From Pleurocapsa sp. (lineage in GTDB: Bacteria > Cyanobacteriota > Cyanobacteriia > Cyanobacteriales > Xenococcaceae): a stretch of 24,000 nt of DNA. The stretch spans positions 18,495-42,494 of the forward strand of contig JBHJNX010000116.1 of NCBI GenBank assembly GCA_050330335.1. The letters are read 5' to 3'. Shown here one piece after another: positions 17,537 through 24,000 of the stretch (within the stretch, counting starts at the first letter, position 1; each line of letters starts with the position of its first letter). Both the position numbers and the translations under genes were made by a program. A model generated the notes under the pieces. That model made no database searches. It had not been told where the DNA came from and saw nothing but the letters and a program-made list of their open reading frames with translations.

Positions 17537-18160
17537 TTAGGTTGTTTCTACTAAGGCTACGCCCATCATGGCTTCGGGGGTGACGAGTCCTGCTAATTCT
17601 GATTCACTCATCCCTTCTGTACCAGGAGGGCGTTGGGGTAAGACAAACCAGCGTATCTGCGCGCTACTATCCCAAACGTGAATTTCAGTTGATTCGGGCA
17701 ATTCTACACCAAATTCGGTCAATACCGCCCTGGGTTCTCTAGCAACACGGGCGCGAAAGGTGGGGTCTTTAAACCAATAGGGAGGTAAACCAAGAGTGGG
17801 CCAAGGATAGCAGGAACAAAGAGTACAAACAATTACATTGTGGACTTCTGGGGTATTTTCTACCACTTTCATATGTTCCCCTTCCGCCCCCGACATTCCT
17901 ACAGGTAGCCCGATATCGGAGATAGCAGCATTACAATCTTCTAGTAATTTGGCTTTAAATTCGGGGTCAGTCCAGGCTTTTGCCACAATTTTTGCCCCAT
18001 TGAAAGGACCCATTTCTGTCTCAAAATAGTTAAGAACTTGGTTAACCGTCTCGCTAGAGATAATTCCTTTTTCGATTAGTAGAGATTCTAAAGCCCTAAC
18101 CTTGGCTGCACTATAAATTTCGCGATCGCGATCGTAACTAAAGCCGTCGTATTTGGTCAT
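17537..18160 (-). CDS. nthA: Nitrile hydratase alpha subunit, cobalt type
   Basis: 207 aa with the metal-binding claw VCTLCSCYPW. Thr in CTLCSC is the Co-type signature; Fe-type enzymes have CSLCSC. Flanking conserved blocks NGAKIVAKAWTDPEFK and VWDSSAQIRWFVLPQRPPGTEG. Confidence 0.95.
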   Translation of the reverse strand: MTKYDGFSYDRDREIYSAAKVRALESLLIEKGIISSETVNQVLNYFETEMGPFNGAKIVAKAWTDPEFKAKLLEDCNAAISDIGLPVGMSGAEGEHMKVVENTPEVHNVIVCTLCSCYPWPTLGLPPYWFKDPTFRARVAREPRAVLTEFGVELPESTEIHVWDSSAQIRWFVLPQRPPGTEGMSESELAGLVTPEAMMGVALVETT

Positions 18161-18176
18161 AATAATTTCTCCCCAC

Positions 18177-18923
18177 CTATGCCGATTCTAAATAGGTTTC
18201 AAACAAGTCGTTGTAGTAAACATTATTTGGTTCTGCCATTTCGCCCCATAATTCCGTTGCGGTGAACTTGACGTTATACACTGGCATGGGTTTGCCCAAA
18301 CCATCGGTAGTAGGGAAAAAGTAAGTGTAGGGTGCTGGGTAAACGACATCGATCGTGCCTACTTTCCCCCGCAGGTTGCCTGGTAGACGGGTATGTTCTC
18401 CAGGGGGTGTATCTTTAACCCGAACTGTATCCCCAACGGTGAATTTGGGAGTCATTTCTACATCCCTTTGGGGTGAATCTCCTTCTCGTAGATATTTAAT
18501 TATCTGTGCATCGATCGCAGGTTCGGGTTTGTTGGGTAAAGGGGAACTATCTAAATTGCCGTCTTCTAAATACAGGGCAGTTTTAGCATCTAATTCTTCG
18601 GCGGTAATGTAGCCTTCATTGATAAAGAAGCCTGCAATTCCTCCCAACCATTTTTCGTAGTAACGATATTTAAAATAGTCAAAGGGATTCATCCCCTCTG
18701 CACCCTGGCGTAAATGTCCCCAACTCCAAAAGCTTTTAAAATTAGTCGGTACGGTACTTATAGAATATTCGGGTACGGCATCTTTATCTAAATGATTGCT
18801 TAATGCCATCATCGCTACGTGAATACCAAAAATCCGTTCTTCCCAAGGTACGACGAATACCCGTTTCTGGAAATCTATTTCTCCTAAATTTTCTAGCCCT
18901 GCTAGATTATGTTGTAATTTCAT
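18177..18923 (-). CDS. nthB: Nitrile hydratase beta subunit (divergent N-terminus)
   Basis: 248 aa. The C-terminal half aligns by eye to known beta subunits (PKFTVGDTVRVK...HTRLPGNLRGKVGTI...VYNVKFTATELWG...VYYNDLFETYLE). The N-terminus reads HNLAGLENLG instead of the canonical (H/Y)DxGG. Beta-alpha-accessory order is typical of Co-type clusters. Confidence 0.85.
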   Translation of the reverse strand: MKLQHNLAGLENLGEIDFQKRVFVVPWEERIFGIHVAMMALSNHLDKDAVPEYSISTVPTNFKSFWSWGHLRQGAEGMNPFDYFKYRYYEKWLGGIAGFFINEGYITAEELDAKTALYLEDGNLDSSPLPNKPEPAIDAQIIKYLREGDSPQRDVEMTPKFTVGDTVRVKDTPPGEHTRLPGNLRGKVGTIDVVYPAPYTYFFPTTDGLGKPMPVYNVKFTATELWGEMAEPNNVYYNDLFETYLESA

Positions 18924-18928
18924 AGTTG

Positions 18929-18966
18929 TTGGTCATTAGTCATTAGTCATTGGTCATTGGTCATTA
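18929..18966. repeat. Tandem heptamer array TTRGTCA x5.4 (STRR2-like)
   Basis: TTGGTCA TTAGTCA TTAGTCA TTGGTCA TTGGTCA TTA. It fills the whole gap between the FGE-like stop (18964-18966) and the nthB start (18923). Confidence 0.85.
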
Positions 18967-19908
18967 CAAATTCATTGCCACGCGAAATCCGATCGCCCGA
19001 TTTAAAGATTCGGCAGGATATCCCGAACGATGTGCCGAACGACAGTGAGATGGCTTATTTGCCCAGGATCCACCCCGCAGAATACGGCATTCCGATTTAC
19101 CTCCTTTTATCCAAGCTTTACCGCTATAGGGCGAGCCGTGATAGTTGTCGTGCCAAACATCGGCACACCATTCCCGCACGTTACCGTGTAAGTCGTATAA
19201 ACCGAAAACATTGGGCATAAAGCTACCCACATCAATAGTTTGTTGGCGATAGGGAACTCCTGTTTCTACAGCATAGGCAAAAGTGCTAGCGTAGTCGGCT
19301 AAATTCCCCGTTACAGTATCCCCGTAAGCAAAAGGACTATTGCTATTACCGCGACAAGCATATTCCCATTCTGCTTCGCTAGGTAACCGGTATTGCTTAC
19401 CCGTATGTGCTGACAGGCGAGCGCAAAATTCTACTGCATCTAGCCAAGAAACGCATTCTACGGGGCGGTTTTCTCCTTTAAAGTGGGAAGGATTGGGATT
19501 TAGTTCTCGCTTTACTTGGGCAAGTTGTGCCACAGCACGCCACTGTCCTTGAGTTACGGGATATTTACCCAGGAAAAAACTTGCTACTCTTACTGAATGC
19601 AAGGGACGTTCGCGATCGCTGCTCTCTTTCTCCTTCAGTGATGCACCCATGTTAAATTTACCTGCGGGAATCGATACCATTTCTAGGGTTCGATAGTGAC
19701 CTAAATCTTCGGTGTAAAGCAAAGCCCGATGATAGGTGCGTTGTATTTCTTGTCCCGTGCGATCAACTTTTACTGTGGCAAAATCAAAATTTGGCAAGTC
19801 AGATAATTCCGAGCTAGAAGTAGTTGCCACGGCGTGATTTGCCGATACAGACCCAACTAAACCTACTCCTCCATAACCTGTCAGTTTGATAAAATTACGT
19901 CGCTTCAT
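18964..19908 (-). CDS. FGE-sulfatase-fold (SUMF1/EgtB/PvdO family) protein with twin-arginine signal
   Basis: N-terminus MKRRNFIKLTGYGGVGLVGSVSANHAVA is Tat-like. Family blocks ERPLHSVRVASFFLGKYPVTQGQW, YRLPSEAEWEYACRG, GLYDLHGNVREWC and RGGSW...HCRSAHRSG...IGFRV. Confidence 0.85.
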   Translation of the reverse strand: MKRRNFIKLTGYGGVGLVGSVSANHAVATTSSSELSDLPNFDFATVKVDRTGQEIQRTYHRALLYTEDLGHYRTLEMVSIPAGKFNMGASLKEKESSDRERPLHSVRVASFFLGKYPVTQGQWRAVAQLAQVKRELNPNPSHFKGENRPVECVSWLDAVEFCARLSAHTGKQYRLPSEAEWEYACRGNSNSPFAYGDTVTGNLADYASTFAYAVETGVPYRQQTIDVGSFMPNVFGLYDLHGNVREWCADVWHDNYHGSPYSGKAWIKGGKSECRILRGGSWANKPSHCRSAHRSGYPAESLNRAIGFRVAMNL

Positions 19909-19978
19909 TTTTGGTATAGATATTAGTATAATTTATCGATTATTAATTATTAGGGTGGGCAATGCCCACTCTACGGGA

Positions 19979-20422
19979 TTACCATTTCTTGTAAGGTAAA
20001 AATTTACCGCACATGGTCACTTTAACGCGATCGCCTTTAGGATCGGGGACTTTATCTACTTCAATAGAAAAATCGATCGCACTCATGATTCCGTCGCCAA
20101 ATTTTTCGTGAATTACGGCTTTGATTGGCATTCCGTATACTTGCATGATTTCATAAAAGCGATAAATTAAAGGATCGGTAGGGATTTGGGGTTCTAATGA
20201 ACCTTTTAAGGGGGGTACGGTTAAAATTTCCGCCATTAATTCGGGTAAGCCTAAAGTAGTAACGATTTTAGTTGCTTCATCCATGTCTGCGCTGGCTTGA
20301 CGGTAGATTACTGAGGCGATCCAGGTTTCATCTCTTCCTACTACTTTTTCTAAATCTTCAAAAGTAACTCCTTTTTCTTTCTTGGCTGCTAATAATTTTG
20401 CGGTAATTTCTGAAATAGGCAT
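19979..20422 (-). CDS. cynS: Cyanase (cyanate hydratase)
   Basis: 147 aa, which is the characteristic size. N-terminal HTH-like region [34 protein letters not shown]-terminal catalytic domain ending [14 protein letters not shown]. It follows an NrtABD-type transporter as in cynABDS. Confidence 0.93.
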   Translation of the reverse strand: MPISEITAKLLAAKKEKGVTFEDLEKVVGRDETWIASVIYRQASADMDEATKIVTTLGLPELMAEILTVPPLKGSLEPQIPTDPLIYRFYEIMQVYGMPIKAVIHEKFGDGIMSAIDFSIEVDKVPDPKGDRVKVTMCGKFLPYKKW

Positions 20423-20476
20423 AATTTTATTCCTCTTGCTTAATAATTACTGGATTTGGGCGAATGCCATTCGCCC

Positions 20477-21361
20477 CTACGGTTTGATTCTCGCTTCCTC
20501 TACCGCCCTAGTCTCTCGATACAAATGATCTTCCATTTCTTTTTTTAACTTGAAATATTCAGGATGGTTTTCGACGGTGTTGCGATCGCGAGGACGGGGG
20601 AAAGGTACTTCTAATACTTCGTCGATCCTGGCTGCGGGTCCTTTGGTCATCATCACGATGCGATCAGATAGTAGTAAGGCTTCGTCGATGCTGTGGGTAA
20701 TCATAATCGCAGTTTTGCGTTGTTGTTCCCAAATTCGTTCAATTTCGTCTTGCAGAAAACCACGGGTGAGGGCATCTAATGCCCCAAAGGGTTCGTCCAT
20801 CAGCAAAATTTGGGGATTTATGGCTAATGCCCTAGCTATCCCTACTCTTTGACGCATTCCGCCTGATAGTTCGTGGGGACGTTTCTTTTCTGCCCCTGTT
20901 AACCCCACAAGCTGAATATTTTCTTTGACAATGCGTTTTTGCTGTTTCTCTGGCATTTTGGGAAATACCGTTTCCACCGCAAATTTAATATTGTCCTGTA
21001 CTGTCATCCAGGGCATTAGGGCGTAACTCTGGAAGACCATACCGCGATCGGGTCCTGGCTTGTCTACGATTTGCCCGTTAATCCTCACTTCTCCACTAGT
21101 AGCAGAACTCAAACCTGCAATAATATTAAGTAGGGTAGACTTGCCACAACCAGAAGGACCAATTATGGAGACAAAGGTGTTGTGTTCGATATCCAGATTA
21201 ATATCTTCGATCGCCACAAAGTCAGAACTTGCCTGTCCCGTCAGCTTATTCAGCCAACCTTTGCGACCAGGAAATACCTTGGAGATCTGACGCAAGGATA
21301 TCTGGGCATTACTAGGATCAGTAGACACAGTATGATAGTTAGAAGAAAATGATATACTCAT
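20477..21361 (-). CDS. cynD: NitT/TauT-family ABC ATP-binding protein (CynD/NrtD-like)
   Basis: Walker A GPSGCGKST, signature LSGGMRQRVGIARA, Walker B LLMDEPFGALD, H-loop IMITHS. 4-nt overlap with the upstream permease gene. The symbol is assigned by synteny with cynS only. Confidence 0.85.
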   Translation of the reverse strand: MSISFSSNYHTVSTDPSNAQISLRQISKVFPGRKGWLNKLTGQASSDFVAIEDINLDIEHNTFVSIIGPSGCGKSTLLNIIAGLSSATSGEVRINGQIVDKPGPDRGMVFQSYALMPWMTVQDNIKFAVETVFPKMPEKQQKRIVKENIQLVGLTGAEKKRPHELSGGMRQRVGIARALAINPQILLMDEPFGALDALTRGFLQDEIERIWEQQRKTAIMITHSIDEALLLSDRIVMMTKGPAARIDEVLEVPFPRPRDRNTVENHPEYFKLKKEMEDHLYRETRAVEEARIKP

Positions 21362-22200
21362 GGTTTGCCAAAAGAAACTAATTTTTCTAGATAGGCAAAG
21401 ATTTGGTCGAGAATGATACCTACAATGCCGATAATGAAGATTGCCACCAGAATATTGGGGATATATAGGTTATTCCATTCATTCCAGATAAAATATCCCA
21501 ATCCCGTCCCTAACAGCATTTCCGCAGCCACAATTACTAGCCAAGAAATACCCATGCTAATCCGTAACCCAGAGATAATATTAGGTAAGGCAGCAGGGAT
21601 AATCACTTTAAAGATCGTCCGCCATCTCGATGCACCAAGGGTTTTAGAGACATCTAAATAATCGGGATTAACATTAGCTACCCCAAAAGCGGTATTAGTT
21701 AGGGTAGGCCAAATACTGGCAATGGTAATGATGAATATTCCTGTAAGTTCCGAATCGCGGAAGAGATACAAACCCAAAGGCAACCAGGCTAAAGGGGATA
21801 CGGGTTTTAGAAGTTGGAAATAAGGATTAAAGGCTTTAAATGCCACCTTAGAAATCCCGACTAAAATCCCCAAAGGTACGGCAATTAAGGAAGCAAGAGT
21901 ATAGCCAATGGCTACCCGCCTCAAACTAATTAACAAATTCCAACCAATACCCAGATCGTTAGGTCCATTATCGTAGAAAGGATGAGTCACCCAATACCAT
22001 AATTCCTCAATGGTTAAAGATGCAGTGGGCATCCCCTTGGCAAACCAGTTCATTTTTGCCCCAAATTCCCAAAATAAGAGAAATATCCCCAGAGATAATA
22101 AGAATAACAGAAACGCTTGCACATTATCGTTATTCATTAATTTATTATCTTTTTTGCTATTAATTGCTTGTTCTCGAACTGCTGTCATTTCATTTACCAT
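21358..22200 (-). CDS. cynB: NitT/TauT-family ABC permease (CynB/NrtB-like)
   Basis: 280 aa, about 6 TM. EAA-type loop LDVSKTLGASRWRTIFKVIIPAALPNI. The symbol is assigned by synteny only. Confidence 0.85.
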   Translation of the reverse strand: MVNEMTAVREQAINSKKDNKLMNNDNVQAFLLFLLSLGIFLLFWEFGAKMNWFAKGMPTASLTIEELWYWVTHPFYDNGPNDLGIGWNLLISLRRVAIGYTLASLIAVPLGILVGISKVAFKAFNPYFQLLKPVSPLAWLPLGLYLFRDSELTGIFIITIASIWPTLTNTAFGVANVNPDYLDVSKTLGASRWRTIFKVIIPAALPNIISGLRISMGISWLVIVAAEMLLGTGLGYFIWNEWNNLYIPNILVAIFIIGIVGIILDQIFAYLEKLVSFGKP

Positions 22201-22270
22201 TCACCATTTAGCATTTATCAGTTAACATTTGTCATTGAGCATCTGGAATTTAAAAATAAATGTTCGATGA

Positions 22271-23944
22271 TTAAACGCCGTATTTCTTGATTTGTTCGTC
22301 TACGTATGCCTGGGAATTAGCAGGATCAAAGGTATCAAATGCTAAAGTTTCTGTGCGATAAATATCATCTGGGGGGGTTTGACCAACTTCTTGTGCCAAT
22401 TCTCTCGCTAAATCAGTCATAAAGATTTCTTTGCCCACTTCTTCGTATTTACCATCAGCGATCGCACTTTTCACCTTACCGTCTCCTTGTAAATCCCAAC
22501 GCACCAATTGAGAAGATATCCAGTTAGCAAAACTCTGCCAGGGATAGGGGTCGAAATCAATGCGATCTGGAATTGATTTGCTATTACCCAACCCATCTTC
22601 AAAGTTACCTGTTAAGACAGCTTCTACTACTTCTACAGGCTGATTGAGAAACGCCCTTTCAGAGATAGCTTGAGCAATTTCAGGACGGTTGGCAGGATCG
22701 CGGGCATAACCAGCAGCTTCGATAATCGATTTGTTTAAAGCCCTAAAGGTATTGGGATTAGCGGTAATCCATTCATCACTGGCAGCAAAAGCACAACAGG
22801 GATGTCCTGGCCATAATTCCTTGGTTAATTTGTGAATAAAACCAGCTTCTTCGTATACTGCCCGTTGATTGAACGGATCGGGCATTAAGTAAGCGTCGAT
22901 ATCCCCTGCTACTAATTGGGCGATACTGTCTGGTGGCGGTACAGCGCGAATTTTTACGTCTTGATCGGGGTCGATGCCTCCTGTGGCTAGGTAGTAACGC
23001 AACAAGAGATTGTGCATGGAATAAGGGAAGGGTACGCCGATATTAAAGCCTTTAAAGTCCGCCGGACCATTGACTTTACCCTTATATTTATTGGCAACGG
23101 TAATCGCCTGTCCGTTGATGTTTTCAATACTGGCAAGTTTCACTCCAAAGGAAGCCGAACCTAAACCTAAAGTCATAGCGATAGGCATCGGGGCTAACAT
23201 ATGATAGGCATCTAATTCACCAGCGATCGCCGAATCTCGAACTGCACCCCAACTGGGCATTTTTACTACTTCGGCATTAAAGCCATATTTTTTATAGAAC
23301 CCTAATGGTTCAGACATGATAATCGGGGTAGCGCAAGTAATAGGAATAAAGCCAATTTTTAAATCTTTTTTCTCCAGATTATCCTCACCAGCCACAGCTT
23401 CAGAGCTTTCTGTAGCCGCTTCTTCGGCTTGTTGATTGGGGGCGCAGTTAGCTAAGGTAACTAAAGCTGCACCCACCGCCAAGTTCTTCAAAAAACGACG
23501 ACGACTAAACTGACTATTATGAACTACGTCACCAAAGAATTGCCCCGCCTTCTGTCCAAAAGCAGCAGCAAAAGCGTTTTCTATACCTCCTGCTTGTTTA
23601 CATAGTTCTAAGACCAAGCTTTCCCGTTTTGGATCGCCTTTTCCTGCAATCTTCAGTAATAATGTCTTTCTTAAATCCGCAGTGTTGACTGCATCTGCCA
23701 TCTTGAAAGTATTAGATTTATAGACCCTCATTTTAATCAGGTCGTCGATCATTTCCACTGGATCTTGGGGCATATCTTCCGCCATAAACTTCCAGTGGTC
23801 GGCAGCCATATGAAAGCCACCGCAGACCATACACATTGAATCTAATTCTCTCAGATTTCCTTTTTGAGAATTAAGATTTCCCCATTTATTTCTAGCGTTG
23901 TTTGTAGTAAATACCATAGTTCGATCTGTAATTTGACTAGTCAT
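22271..23944 (-). CDS. cynA: NrtA/CmpA/CynA-family periplasmic substrate-binding lipoprotein with an unusual N-terminal extension of about 145 aa
   Basis: Residues about 190-557 are classic NrtA/CmpA (LKIGFIPITCATPIIM...SWGAVRDSAIAGELDAYHML...NGQAITV...HPCCAFA). The twin-arginine motif plus lipobox (SRRRFLKNLAVGAALVTLANC) sits at residues 146-167, not at the N-terminus. The exact start is uncertain: in-frame ATGs run from M1 to M82. Confidence 0.85.
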   Translation of the reverse strand: MTSQITDRTMVFTTNNARNKWGNLNSQKGNLRELDSMCMVCGGFHMAADHWKFMAEDMPQDPVEMIDDLIKMRVYKSNTFKMADAVNTADLRKTLLLKIAGKGDPKRESLVLELCKQAGGIENAFAAAFGQKAGQFFGDVVHNSQFSRRRFLKNLAVGAALVTLANCAPNQQAEEAATESSEAVAGEDNLEKKDLKIGFIPITCATPIIMSEPLGFYKKYGFNAEVVKMPSWGAVRDSAIAGELDAYHMLAPMPIAMTLGLGSASFGVKLASIENINGQAITVANKYKGKVNGPADFKGFNIGVPFPYSMHNLLLRYYLATGGIDPDQDVKIRAVPPPDSIAQLVAGDIDAYLMPDPFNQRAVYEEAGFIHKLTKELWPGHPCCAFAASDEWITANPNTFRALNKSIIEAAGYARDPANRPEIAQAISERAFLNQPVEVVEAVLTGNFEDGLGNSKSIPDRIDFDPYPWQSFANWISSQLVRWDLQGDGKVKSAIADGKYEEVGKEIFMTDLARELAQEVGQTPPDDIYRTETLAFDTFDPANSQAYVDEQIKKYGV

Positions 23945-23964
23945 TAGTCATTAGTCATTGGTTA
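23937..23964. repeat. Tandem heptamer array, same TTRGTCA unit, x4 (degenerating)
   Basis: CTAGTCA TTAGTCA TTAGTCA TTGGTTA. It overlaps the annotated start codon (23944-23942) of the cynA-like gene and has the same orientation as the 18929-18966 array. Confidence 0.7.
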
Positions 23965-24000
23965 TTAGAAGGCAGGAGTTATTCAGCCACCGATTTACAA

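Noticed and set aside
12946-18612. Short plus-strand ORFs at 12946-13146, 15149-15364, 17021-17209, 17838-18029 and 18355-18612
   Set aside because: Each is nested antisense to a strongly supported minus-strand gene (ABC1 kinase, MotA-like, CobW-like, NHase alpha, NHase beta). None has any motif of its own.
17537-18923. Possibility that the enzyme is thiocyanate hydrolase rather than nitrile hydratase
   Set aside because: Thiocyanate hydrolase has three subunits, because the NHase-beta homologue is split into two polypeptides. Here beta is a single 248-aa protein followed by alpha and a small accessory gene, which is the NHase layout. Substrate range is still untested.
18929-18966. Heptamer arrays considered as a CRISPR array or as coding mini-ORFs
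   Set aside because: The units are 7 nt with no spacers, so this is not a CRISPR array. The ATG-initiated frames hit TGA or TAA within 2-6 codons.
18957-22225. Short plus-strand ORFs at 18957-19220, 19340-19552, 20550-20852, 21060-21290, 21413-21661 and 22010-22225
   Set aside because: They are antisense shadows of the FGE-like, cynD-like and cynB-like genes. Their Arg/Ser/Pro-rich translations are typical of reverse frames.
23945-24000. NtcA or guanidine/cyanate-responsive element upstream of the cyn cluster
   Set aside because: Only 56 nt of upstream sequence fall inside the window. No GTA-N8-TAC is seen there, so the promoter cannot be assessed.
1-24000. Mobile element or genomic island boundaries
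   Set aside because: There is no transposase, integrase, tRNA attachment site or long terminal inverted repeat. The only island-like hint is the pair of heptamer arrays, reported separately.

Overview
AT-rich sequence carrying at least 25 copies by eye of the HIP1 octamer GCGATCGC, so this is almost certainly a cyanobacterial chromosome segment. I see no rRNA, tRNA, CRISPR array, transposase or integrase. Left to right: the 5' end of hisS (-); a small Trp-rich protein (-); a Wza-like / Wzc-like exopolysaccharide export pair (+); a CCB1-like membrane protein (+); a small basic protein (-); a GAF-type sensor histidine kinase (+); a GT-B glycosyltransferase (+); a Uma2-family nuclease-fold protein (-); pdhA (+). 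The rest is one long minus-strand block: an NRP-repeat small protein, a small membrane protein, an ABC1/UbiB kinase, an orphan MacB/LolD-type ABC ATPase, and a MotA/ExbB-like channel protein with a long helical tail. The most unusual part is a tightly packed 10-gene minus-strand cluster at 15518-23944. It reads cynA-like (with an odd N-terminal extension), cynB-like, cynD-like, cynS, a Tat-signal FGE-sulfatase-fold protein, cobalt-type nitrile hydratase beta and alpha, the small NHase accessory protein, a COG0523/CobW GTPase and a HupE/UreJ metal permease. Two same-orientation arrays of the heptamer TTRGTCA bracket the cyn+FGE half of this cluster. All functional calls come from motif and architecture recognition by eye; no searches were run.
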